Assembly (NCBI GenBank): GCA_000708835.1 | Contig: DF236973.1 | Coordinates: 294,699-358,698, forward strand | From: Klebsormidium nitens | Taxonomy: Eukaryota; Plantae; Klebsormidiophyceae | Length of the DNA: 64,000 nucleotides | Reading direction: 5' to 3' | Shown: positions 45,801 to 57,600 of the stretch, piece by piece | How positions within the stretch are numbered: the first letter of the stretch is position 1 | Layout of the letters: every line of letters starts with the position of its first letter | The notes under the pieces: generated by a model | What the model was told of the DNA's origin: nothing | Database searches by the model: none | What the model saw: only the letters and a program-made list of their open reading frames with translations | Position numbers and translations under genes: made by a program

Positions 45801-48800
45801 TCTATTGCTAACGGCAACTTCCTTTCCTGGCAGTCGTACCTCCAGCACTTTGTTTCGGCCGCCAACTCCTCCCCCATTTGTTGCACGCAGCAAGCCGTTG
45901 ATGCTATTGCAGACCGCAACTCTGTTTCCTGGCAGTCTTACGTCCAGCAACTTGTCAAGGCCGCCAAGTCCCACCCCCTGCGGCGCGCGGCGGTGCGAGC
46001 GCTGGCCGGGCTGTTGGTCGCCCTCCCCCACTTCAACCTGCGCGAGAGCCTGCTCCAGGCGCTCGTCCCGCGCATGGACGCGGCGGATGACGTCATCAGC
46101 GGCCAGTGCTGTGGAGCGCTGCGGGATCTGTTTGCGGGGCGGGGGACCGCGCACCAGGAGGCGGCGCTCGAGGCGGTGCAGCTGATTGCGGACTTCGTGA
46201 GTCACTTTCCCAGCAGATTTCGACTGTGCTATTGTGAAAAGTTTTGGAAGTCGTTCAAACTTTTTATTCCCAGCAGTCCGATGCGGTTTGACGCATAGAT
46301 ATGGGCGTGCCGATTCCACGCTTCGGATAGGGAACGGCTTTTGGAGCCCTGCCCGTTGCAAAGATTCGCAATGATTGCCCGATACATCCTGATACGAGCT
46401 GCAGGATTTGAAGAGTTTGGGGATCCACAGCTGATCGAACAAAACCCATTTATTGCGAACGGTGAAGGTTTTGTGATGTACGTATCGCCGAATGTGTTCA
46501 GGAAATTTGCCATGCTCTTCACTTTGCTTGCTCAAGGGGTCGGTCAACCGAGACTTTTCAGCCCTCAGTAGCTTACTTTCTAAGCACTGTACCCCCCGTT
46601 CTCCTGAGCGTTGGTGGTCAAGCCAAAGTGCTGCTACAACATGTGTCAACAAAAGCGAGCGTGATTGAACGCCGTCTCTTCCTCTGCGCAGGTCCGGCAG
46701 CGTGCGTGCAGAGTCCACCCTGACGTCATCCGCGTCTACCTCAACCTGCGCTTCGACGAAGACCTGGGGCGGTCTTCGGGCACCGGCGAGAAGGCTAACG
46801 CTGGTGAGTTTAGTCGGCAGCACTTTTTTAGTCGCAAGAGGGTCTAATCTAGTAAAGGCGCCAATTCATTGATTTGCAACAACTTCAAGGATTTCCCTTC
46901 TTTCCTTTTCACTTTCCTTTTCGTACTTTTTGTGACGATGAGCAGCGCCCTTAGTAACATTTTATACCGTCACTCTAGCCGAGATTCTGTGCAGGCAAGG
47001 TTCATTTTTATTGAGTCAACTGAGGTGACTCCTCAAAGAACAGCGAATCATTGTCTTCCTTGCTGGCAACCAGGATCTTTAAAAGGTGTTAGCGAGTCAG
47101 TTGACAAACATGCTTGGTTGCAGGCGAGTTTCTGCACTGCCTCATTCTAGTCCTTCTCTTGGAACTAACTGATTGGTGGTCAGACCAGCTTATGCTTTCG
47201 CCCTCTCAATCTAAGTAAGGGGTCCAAGAAGGCGCCTCAGCTGGGAAGGAGGAAGCAACAGTAGAACTTTCCGAGGTCAATCCGACTGTTTGCGAGGCAA
47301 AGTTTGTCCCGCCAATGTTCGCGTGGCACAGGACCTTCAGCAATTTCTGGTCGTCCGCATCGTTGATGCTTGCTCCTTCGCATGGAAGGAGGCCTCCAAA
47401 CTGGACACTCGTAATGCCGCTGCCACTTTACAGGAAGAAGCGGAGTCGGACGTTCCGAGAAGCCCAGACCGTCTTGGCACCGTCCGAGTAGGCAGGAGAT
47501 GAAGCAAACCGTGGTAGCCGGTTTTGAAAGTTACTCCATACCCAAAACTCAATCCTGACCCTTCTTCGCCCCTTTGCAGGCAAGGTTTCGAAAAAGGCCG
47601 CCAAGCTGGAGAAGCGCAAGCTCGCCGCCAAGCTGCGGAAAGAAGTCGAGTCGGACGTCCGGGAAGCGGAGGCCGTCCTGGTGCCGTCCGAACGGCGCAA
47701 GCTCCAGAGCCAAACGGTGGCCGCCGTGTTCGAAACGTATTTCCGGGTGCTGAAAGATGCGGACAGTGGGAGCACCAGTCTGCTGTCCGTTGGGGACGGC
47801 TCAGCGGCGAAGGGTTTGGGGCCGCGGCCGCTGCTGGGGGCGGCGCTCGAGGGACTGGCGAAGCTGAGCCATCTGATCAGGTGGGTTGGCTTGTACCCGC
47901 TCTAATTCTTCTGAGAGCAATTGCGGGAAAGTAGGGACATGATTGAGGCTTCTCTTGGCTGATGTGGCGCTCGAAGGGCTTGCGAAGCTGAGCCATCTGA
48001 TCAGGTGGGTTGGCTTGTACCCGCTCTACTTCATGTGAAAGCAATTGAGGGGGGAGTGGGGACAGGGTTAAGGTTTTTCTTGGCTGGGGCGGCGCTCGAG
48101 GGGCCGGCGAAGCTGAAAGATCTGATCAGGTCGGTTGGTTTGTACTCGCTCTAGTTCATGTAAAAGCGTTCGAGGAGGGAGAGGGGACAGGATTGAGGTT
48201 TCTATTGGCTGAGGTGGCGCTCGAGGGGCTGGCGAAGCTGAGCCATCTGATCTGGTGGGTTAGCCTGTACTAGCTCTCCTTCTGTTTTTGGGGTTTCTTG
48301 GGGACTGAGCCATCTGCTCAGGTTGGTTGACATTGTACCAGCTATTCTCTTTAGCAATTGCAAGTCTTTGCGGTGGAGCGCAGTGAGAGGGGGTATAGCC
48401 CAGTTGCCTCGTTTGAAGAGCCTGTTTCATGCTGTCTGGAGGCCTTTTGCTGCTTTTAGCTCCGGTTGAATGCTGCCACCTGCTGATGAGAACCCCATCA
48501 ATGAAGCGTTTCATTCAAGATTTTTGCCATGTCTTGCATCGGCGAAGCGCATTGCATGCATCATCGCACTGGTTTGGGCTTTCAAAGTTTCGTGGCTGGC
48601 TGGTTGCGATGTTCCTTTAGTGGTTGAGCGATCCGGCTCGCTGGATAGTCGCTCACTTTGAAAATCTTTCGTCGAATATGAATTGATTTGAGTAGCATTG
48701 GAGGATTTTAGCGCTAACTTACTTCTCTTATTTCCAAACCAATGGCTTGGCACTCTGAAGGGGAGTCTCGGCTGGTATTACCTCATTGACGTTGTCGTTT

Positions 48801-51800
48801 CCAAGACTGAACATGATGGGATCGAAGTTAAGCGTGCAGTAATGAAGGTTTGGCTTCCCTACTCGAAAACCAGATCCAATCTCATTTGATGCTGCTTCTT
48901 GTACTCTGTGGAGGAGATCTTCTCCACAGTCCTTGTGATTTTGAGGTGCAGGTCCTGAAATTGACTGTGCATGTGTCCACAAGCTCGGGAGTCTTGCCCC
49001 AAAAAACATAAAAGTGCACGAGTGGGCTTCGCTCCTTTCGTCGTGCCTTCTTCATCCCGTTTCAATAGCGCCACCATTTGAAATCAGCAATGATGGTCAG
49101 GACATGGCACTCTTTGAAGTACCACACTTCCTCTTGGTAAGGTCCTGATGCTGCTCACGGTGAAACATGCAAAGGAGGAAGTTCCGCAAAGCTTCTCCGC
49201 TCTTATAAGCTCCAAGTATTGGCTTTCCCTTTGAGGGTAAGCTGTTATACACAAAGTGGGCGCATGACTAGGATGACGTCACTTTCGCAATCAGTGGGTG
49301 AATCTGCGTTCCTCAGCGAACGTCGAAGCTTTGGCAGCTTCAAGCACGTTGAATGCTCGTATGGGCGAAGCATGCGTGGATATCTGGAGAGTCGATGAGT
49401 CAAACATTTAGTAAGGATGCAACATTGCGGATCTTACGATAGAAGGGTGCCTTTTCAAGTTTTTCAAGCCGCTTGTCAAAGCAAGGACGTTCCAAACTTG
49501 GCTTACCGAGAAGGTCGCCAGACTTGCATGATAGTCCTCTGATGCTGCTTGATGCTGCGTGGTCGCCTTGGTAGCGACGCTGAGCAGGGGGTAGTACAGT
49601 GCCAATCAAATCTCATCAGAGATGCCCCCTCTGCAAGCCGCGTCCTCTTTGCGATCGTGGTTACCTTTGTCTTTCTCGTCACACCTCTGGCTGAGTATCA
49701 CATTGCTTGCTCGGATTCCCATTTCCGGCAGTGGCGAACCGTTTCGCCCTTTGAATCGGGATTAGAGACGTCCGACCATCTGTAAAACATTCTCTTTGGG
49801 ATCGTCAAAGCCCCTTTTGATCTGGCTTGTCGTTGAGGTATCTTGTCCATTTCGAGAGTTGGCCCTTTTGCCAATCTCCGGGTGTTTCATGCGGCAAGGA
49901 GGAGAAGACTTTGGCGGCTAAAGTCTGGTCGAGTTTTCGGATGCCTTTGAGCCGCTTTGTGTGGAAAGCGTGTTTTTCTGATAAGGTGTCTTGGCCCTTG
50001 TCTCCGAGAAGCCCCCACTCAACCTACTTTTTGAACATGGTGGATTTGGGCAACCTGATGCAGCAAGTCGGTACGTCAATGCGTTTGGTCCTTCTAAAAT
50101 CGATCCTGGGCGCCAGAACAACGGCCTGATGCAACTATTGGCCTGTATAAAAACAAGCAGCAGTGATTATTTGTTCCTGGCTTGTGGATACAATAGCCAT
50201 CTACGCTTCTTCGCCTGATGCTGCTTGAGAACAAGATTCCCATTGCGATCAGGTGACTCTTTGGTGCGCCAACGCTTGGCGGGTATTGATTGTTAGGAAA
50301 ATGTCTTGCACAAATCAAGTGTTCAAACCATTATATCTAGTGGCGTGCTCGTTTTCTCAACGCGTTGGAAGATTGGTAAGCAGGCAGTACTCACTCGCTT
50401 GATGAGACAAGATGCCGGACTATGAGGTCTGTGGAAGGATTCTGTGCATCTATGTTTTGCGGCCATTCAGCCACACCGCCTTTGTACGGCTGCGAACGCT
50501 ACATTTGACGACTCTTGAAACATAAAAAGTTGCTTCGCATCCAGACCTTACCTTCCTCGGTTGGTGGCTGGGTCGGTTACCTCGACCCTTTTCCAGACCG
50601 TAACGCAAGGGCTCTGCTCTGAATGCGGCAATGACGTTTGCTGATTGGCTTTCTTGCGGAGCCAGCCAAGGCGTTTTCCCGGAGCTGCTCATGTGCTGAA
50701 AGGAAGGGTCAGCCTGAGAACCTCACAGGATTCTCGAACGCCCCTCTCGGTTGTTGCTGAAGAAGTAAAGTCTTTTAAAGAAGGTCAAACCCGGCAGCGA
50801 GGTTGACCCGATCATTGACTCAATACACAAATGTCATACGTCGGAGCAGGAATCCCGCAGCTGCGTTGGAAGAGTCGGTTGATGGTTCCCTCCTTACATG
50901 CTCAGCCTTGAAAGGTCCATTTGTTTATTTGGTTGTCCTTTTGAAATGCCTTCTTGGTGTCGTGGCTTACGTACGTTCCTTTGATCCCAAGGTTCTGGAA
51001 GCAGACAGTTGTCTCCGTGTGCAAGGGCTGAAGTCGCCCATGGAATGAGGGGTCTGCTGGATCGAAGCTTGCTTGGACGATTGTTCGTCTATGTTTCTGT
51101 TCTGCCATATATCTCCCTGATCTAGGAACCTCCTTCAAGGTTGCAGACTTCGTTTTCTTGACCCACTTCCAATCAGTGTGCCCTTGCGTGTACTCATATG
51201 AGCCACAGCTTGACATGTGAGACAGAGCTTGATGGTTTTGTGGTGTTCCTTGGGAACTCCACACAGTTTTTTTGCTGTGATATGTTTCGCCCTTCACATT
51301 CGCGCGTCATCTTCTGGATGCTCTGATTCGAACGTCCACGCTCTTATGTATCCCTTCAAGCGCATCCATGTTGGCCACTTTGGCACTTGTGGTGCAAGGC
51401 CAAATATGATCGCGCCCGTGATGCTGCTCCTGGGCCTCTCTTTAAATTTGAAAAGCTCACACTGGCAATCAAAGACGCCGTTTTCCGCGTCAAACACGCT
51501 AACGTTGCTCCCCCTCGGCCTATTGTTTGCATGCCCTGTGCACAACCTTGTCAGACTGTTAGAAAAGCTTCGCAAAAACATTCCGCGCCTGTTGGCTCGT
51601 ATGACCGCTCAAGATGTCAATCACCACATGCAGCGATGCCAAACCGAGCAAATGTATATTAGCGGGCAGTAGTCCACTGCAGGTTGGGAGATACTTGCGT
51701 GCCTGAAGTCTCCTGGCGCGATAGTCACCTTTCGAGGCCACGTCCGAAACCGTATTGCGTCTGTAGAGTATCTTGGAAGCTTTCGTGTGTGCATGCGGCA

Positions 51801-54666
51801 AAGATGCGGGCTACCGGCATCTTTAAGTGAAGCCAGAGCCTGTCTTCCGGAGCTGAGCTGTAGCACACCTGTCGGACAAACAATTGCTAGCAAGTGTCTC
51901 TGAAGAAGCTTGGCTATTCGTGTAACAGAAGGGACTCTTTACAGAGTCGCTCTGTCGTGCCAAGCTCTGGCTGCGCTGGTCTTTCTCATCGTCCCCTTAA
52001 TTTTTCTTTTTTATATTCGCTTTCTCTGCCATGCACTTTGCCGTCTGAGCTTCAAAGAATTTGACTAGAGACACACTTTCGTCCTTCCTTGACCAGGAAA
52101 GCAAGCTGTTGAAGCCAAACCTCTGTCCATTTCAGTGACGGACCAGTGTAGTTTGCGTCTGACGCCTTTCCCTCACCTTCCTTCCGCAGTGTCGATTTCA
52201 TGGGCGACTTATTGGAAGTTCTGCGCCGCCTCGCGCTGGGGGGCGCCGCGCGCCTGCTGGACGACACCCCCGACCCGGAAACCCCCCCGGAGGTGGACGA
52301 TGACGTCAGCCTGACGCCAGACGAGCAGCTGCAGTGCTGCGTGGCAGCGTTCCGCATCGTCAAGGGCGCGCTCGACGCGCTCAACGTGGACCTGCGCGAC
52401 TTCTACGTGCGGCTGTATCAGCTGCTGCCGGAGGTGCCCTTCGAAAACAGGTAGGGCTTTTGTACTTTTTGGTTGGCTTCAGATAGGGTTTTGGGCTACG
52501 GTTAACGAGGCATTGGGCCTTCCTTGGGCGTCAGTCTCGAAAAGGAACTTTTACTGGCGGCCCTACCAGCTGCTTCCGGAGGTGACCTTTAAGAAAAGGT
52601 GAGAATTTGATGTGTTTGAGGTTCTGGGTTTTCTCGTACTTGGTGGAAGTTCGCGGTTGGGAGTCTGCCCGCTTCTGTGCGCATCTTCATCAGTTGCTGT
52701 CAGAGGTGCCCTGGATTGCAAGTTGTCCCACATGTCTTTTAGAATCTGTGCCACACTTATGGGGTTTATTGGAAGGGCTTTCCAGGTGCTTCGCGTTTCT
52801 TATCGCGCTCTATGTGACCCATGCGGGGGGCTCTGCCAGCTGCTGAAAAAATTTGCCTTCACGTTTGGGTGCGGCGATCTTACCATTCAACACTCACCGT
52901 TAATAATCCATTGCGATTTGGATCATCGCAAGCCATCGATTCAAATGTAGAGATGCAGAATACTTGCAGAGTATTCAACTCTGCTTTTTCTCCCTCCTTG
53001 CAGCGAAATTTTGGGTCCCCCCCGGGGCAGGCCCTTGAGAGCACTCTATGGGGGCCTCTCAAATCCCATCTGTCAAATCTTTTGTACCAGATCATCCCAA
53101 AATTCCTGAAACCCATTGACCTGTAACCTAACTCCTTTTTGTCTCTTCCAGCGACACTCTGGGCCCCGCCCTGGCCCAAGCGCTCGAGAGCACTTTATGG
53201 GAGGCTCGCCAAGTGGACCAGGGCCGCGTCGCGGGTTTTGCCAAGCGGCTTGCGGGGGGTTCCCTCGCCACCACCGACACTGCCGCTGCAGTCGCGGAGC
53301 TGATCGCGCTTCGGCGGCTGTTGCAGCGCCACCCGAAAGTGGGCTCTGGGATGCTGGATACGGAAGGGGGAGGGGGGCTTACGGTGAGGGACTTACCTCT
53401 CCTTTGCTGGATGTAGTGTTTTTCAAGTTCGTGATTCTGTTTGAGCACGCTTCGGGCCTTCGAGGTGTCCTCCATCATGCTGGAATGAAAGGGGGAGGCT
53501 TAAGGTAAATTGACTACTACTTCGTTGCTGTTTATTTCTTCCTTCGGTCAAGAAAAAGGAGAAAGCCGTGCTTTGCAAAATTCCGGTTGTGGTCCGGTAA
53601 GTTTTTTGGTCCCTGGCCCCTATCATGCTTGTGAAGTACCTGCAGCAGCAGCAAAGTGGCGATAATGTATAATCACTTAGAAAAGAGCAGCGGTCTTCCG
53701 TTGACGTTAGAGTCTCATGACACCGTCAGTGAAAAGAAGGGGAAAGCGACACCCTTCGTAAAAAGAAGGGGAAAGCGTTGGATAACAAGAGCCTTTACGA
53801 TTTTTTGCTCGGCAGAATCATGGATTCATTGCCTGCTCTTAAACGGGGGATATTGGTGACGAACGGCTGTTTTCGTACACCTTGGAGGCCAACCCGCCGG
53901 AAAGTCAACAGATTAACTCATGAAAGCGCTCAAGGAACCTCGCTGGCTTTGCGCTGAGGAGTCCACGTCAGCCGCTGACGTCCGTCGTCTTTTGCAGGTA
54001 TACCGCCCCGAGGCTCCCGACCCCGAGAGCAGCGGCGCGCTTGCGTCGTGCCTGTGGGAGCTGTCCCTGTTAACCCGCCACTTCCACCCCGCGATCGCCA
54101 GGCTGGCAGCTGACGTGGCAGCCCTGGCGTCCTCCCGGGATGCAACCGGTTACCTCGGCCTTACTCCGACCGAGGCAGTCACCGCTTACAGCACGGCTGG
54201 GGGGGGCTTCCGACCGGGGATTAAGGCCCCCCGGAAGAAAGGAAATGCGGGCGGGGGCGGAAAGAGAAAACCCGGGTTTGGTGACGCGTTTGCGAAGTTA
54301 GTGGAGGAGAACGAAGTGGGGGGGAGTGGAAGAGGGGGAAACCAGGGGGGTGGTGAGGAGTTGGTCGGGAGAGCGTTTAGGGTTATGTTTAGGGAGGTTA
54401 GGGATCACCGGGACAACTTGGCGCTGAGACGAGAGCAGCGGAGAGTGGCGGCACTGCAGGCCAAGATGCGGGAGCGGGCGGAACAGCAAGCGAAGCGGAA
54501 ACGGAAGACGGAACGGATCGCGAATGGTAGTGTAGGAGGGGTGAATGGAGGGGAGGGCCTTAAGAAGAGCGTTAGAAGAAGAGGACGGTCGAAGGGTCAG
54601 AACAAAAGCAAGGCAAGCAGAAAAAGCGAAGCAAACAGTGAAGGGATGGAAGAAGGTGCCCATTGA
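42807..54666 (+). CDS. NOC3: Nucleolar complex protein 3 (NOC3/CBF-domain), about 944 aa
   Basis: Exons 42807..43007, 43546..44028, 44759..44970, 45293..45395, 45936..46196, 46692..46803, 47580..47880, 52190..52450, 53152..53383, 53998..54666 (2835 nt, phases consistent). Motifs AVFKDICPG-YRIR, LPHFN, YFRVLK, LEGLAKLSHLI-SVDFMGDLL, RVAGFAKRL, LWELSLLTRHFHP. Confidence 0.93.
44480..44820 (+). repeat. Acceptor-spanning copies in NOC3 intron 2
   Basis: GTCCCTAG|GTTGC.TCGCTGCGCGAGTATGCC with AG at 44643-44 and at the real site 44757-58; an older copy has AG at 44506-07. Confidence 0.85.
45660..45970 (+). repeat. Acceptor-spanning copies in NOC3 intron 4
   Basis: CTGGCAG|T with AG at 45731-32, 45832-33 and the real site 45934-35 (spacing 101 and 102 bp). 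Confidence 0.8.
47835..48345 (+). repeat. About 125-bp donor-spanning array in NOC3 intron 7
   Basis: GGCGCTCGA.GG.C.GGCGAAGCTGA..CATCTGATC.G|GT.GGTT with GT at 47881 (real), 48005, 48130, 48255 and a partial copy at 48322. Confidence 0.9.
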
Positions 54667-54699
54667 ATCTTAAATCAGATATTCCGACCAAGATGTGAG

Positions 54700-57600
54700 C
54701 TTCTACAACATTGGACTTTCAGCAGATCAATCAAATCAGATTGGAAGGGAGATTTCGAGGCGTGGTCGATCACTCTCGCTTCTTTTTCAACGAACTGCGC
54801 CATCAGGATCAAATACTCTGGAGGTTTTCTCGAAGTGTCGCTTTTCACTCCAGATATGCTTTGTTTCTTACCAATGAGAGGCGAGTCAACCCTTTCCCAA
54901 TGGCGGACTGACGTCAGCATTGGAGTTGGCTGCTCGAGGTACGAACAGATGGTAAACGAAAGGAGGGCATATGATCAGACTTTCCCTTCAGTCTTCCACG
55001 TTCTGAGGGTACGCATTCTAATTCACTCAAGCGTACTGTCTAAGATGAGACGCGCTGACCGGTATACATGCCGAGGTTGCAACTTTGCAAGCGTGTGCAA
55101 TTGAAGCACAGCGAGTGTGACTACAGAATAAGGGGGTTCTATTTTGTCTGTCTGGAAATGGAGGCGCGGCAGCTCTTGAAAGCGACTCTCCGGAAGACAA
55201 TGACATTGTCTCAACGGTTGGCTTACCCAGCTGATGCGCTGCCTTTGTTTGTTCGTTCTTATTTCTTCTCTTTCAAAGAGGATTAAGTCAAAGATGAGCC
55301 TTGTTACCAAAGCGCTTGTTCTGCTCGATCTGTCTGCTTCGTCTAGCTGCGCCTTTTTGGGTGCTTTCTTGGGGTCGAAGCTCCAGCAGTTGAGCAGCAA
55401 GGATGACCAGCATCTGGCCAATCAGAACAGTGCCATACTAGTCTTCGTGCGACATGATTGACGCTGCGTACATGGTCGGACAAGAATTTGAGGTTTATTT
55501 CTCGCAGTCGTTGACCCCATGCATAATGGTTTTGGTCGTTGGCGGACGTCTTCATTTATGCCGAGCCAGTGTCGTGGCCCATAATTTAGCTCGCCTTTGG
55601 TCCGTGTTGAAGTCTGGTTTTGCTTCGATTGGTTCCTGCACAGTCACAGCCGCTTCTTTGCATAGGCAGCGAAGATGAAATAGTCTGGCTAAGGGGCCCT
55701 TGAGTCCATGATGCGGCACAACGGACTCCGTGTATCCTTCTCGGTGAACATGTGCAACCTTGCGCAAGTTGCGCGACCGTTGCTGCTTAACAGCACAATA
55801 AGACTCCGTCTGACTCGCCTTATTGGTTGCACCGAGTCGAGCGGCAGCCTTCGGCCGCTCAAAGGCCGTTGTCTTTGGATCCGGCAGGTCGATCACCGGC
55901 GAACCTGCGGACGTGGCTAAGGCTGAAATTGTGAACCGTTCCATGTTGAGAGGCACGGTTTGAATGCTTTTCACTGAGCAGCAAAGAGGACACAGCTAAG
56001 GCTGGCAGCCGTATGCGCCAGACCGGGATCTGAATTTCTGACCTGACGGCCAGGCAAGTAATGTGCACCGAGATTGGGCAGTTGTCACGTTTACGCTGAT
56101 GGATGTACCTTGTTGTGGGTATTCCGTGTAGGTTTCAGGCGGTAGGCGCTTTCAATACTGGTTGAAATCCTGGTCGAGCTCAATTGGAGATGCATGGATA
56201 GTAGAGTTGCGGTGGCTGGTGAGCCTGATAAGCTTTCTCTTGGAAGGTGACCCCTATGACACAACCGCACACTACGCTTGAGTCAACTTTTTTACCCAGC
56301 ATGGGCTGCGCGTCCTCAACTGGTAATAATACAATCACAATCTTAACTTGTCAATCCGGCGACTGATGACGAAGGTGTGTTGGGTGAGCTACTGTCCCTT
56401 TGTTTGAGTCCATCGGCGAACGCATGCTCCGTTGGCAGTCTGCAGCAAGGACGTTGGACATGTGTAGCCATGGCTGTTTTGGTGGTCATGCAATATTTTT
56501 ACCACGAGTACGAGTCAAGGACGCTGCGCGAATTGAACGGTGATTTGTTTGATTGCTGGCATTCGACGTAAATGCTTCACCGAAGCAGACATGCCAGAAA
56601 AACTGTTTGGTCTCTGGAGAGGACGTGAATATAGAGGTCTCTCGCCACATCTACATATCTGAGCTTCGTTTTGAAAGCAATGGATATGGAGCTGAAATTG
56701 AAAGTCACTTGAACGATTTGTTCGGCATTCTTTGAATGATCGATCGAAGTCGGACTGCTGTGGGCTCTTCGAGTGTCCGCATTCTGTGTAGTCCGATTGA
56801 TAGCTGCCAGCTTTACGAGAGTTTTTCACACTCCGCAACAGCTTGAAAGCTTCTCTGCATTTTCTCAGTACTTGTACTAAAGCTCTAAGCGTCACGCTTA
56901 ATGATGCAGAGCCCATATACATAAAAGCTCAGGGTTCAAACGTCATTTGCCCTTTGAAACCATTCACGAAGTGTCGGAGTTACTTGATACAGTTGACTTC
57001 GTACAATTGGCTTTTGCTTCATTGTCCCTTTGTCGTTAGTCTCGGTAGTCTCGGCGACGCAGAGTTGGTTGTAACAGCAAGGGCGGACAGAATCTGGCTG
57101 TACCAATTCGCTTGCGCGCCCTAAAACCCTAAAACCACAGAAATAATAGGTCGTCCTGCCCCTGATGCTTCACAGTGACTCGGTAACGAGAGTCGATCTT
57201 CTCGTCCCTGATGGGTTCACCTGTTCAAACGGGTGCGTCGACGTATGGGCTTCTTTTTCGATGATCCCTGTCCCTCCATAGGAAAGTGCTTTTTGTTGAC
57301 TAGCCGCTTTTGTTAGCACAGCAGTTCCAGACATTGGAGACCTGTTGAACGTGCGTCGTCTGATACTGTCCGAACGACGTTCCCGCACGAGCACGACCTG
57401 GGCAACACGGCAAAGACACGCGGCTCTAAGAATGACGGATAAAGACAGCCATCGTCAGAACATTTGCTAGGATACATTTTTCTTGCAAGGTTCAGTCTGA
57501 GTACGTCTGTTGGCAGCGGCGATGATGGTGTTGGCTTGCGGTATGTCATGGCCACACCGCAGGTCGGCTTTGAAAGTGGCTTCAAATGATGCTGCTCACG

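Noticed and set aside
47835-48345. Echo arrays as Dscam-like mutually exclusive exons
   Set aside because: Copies include only one end of the exon, lack the partner splice site, and mostly contain stops or frameshifts.
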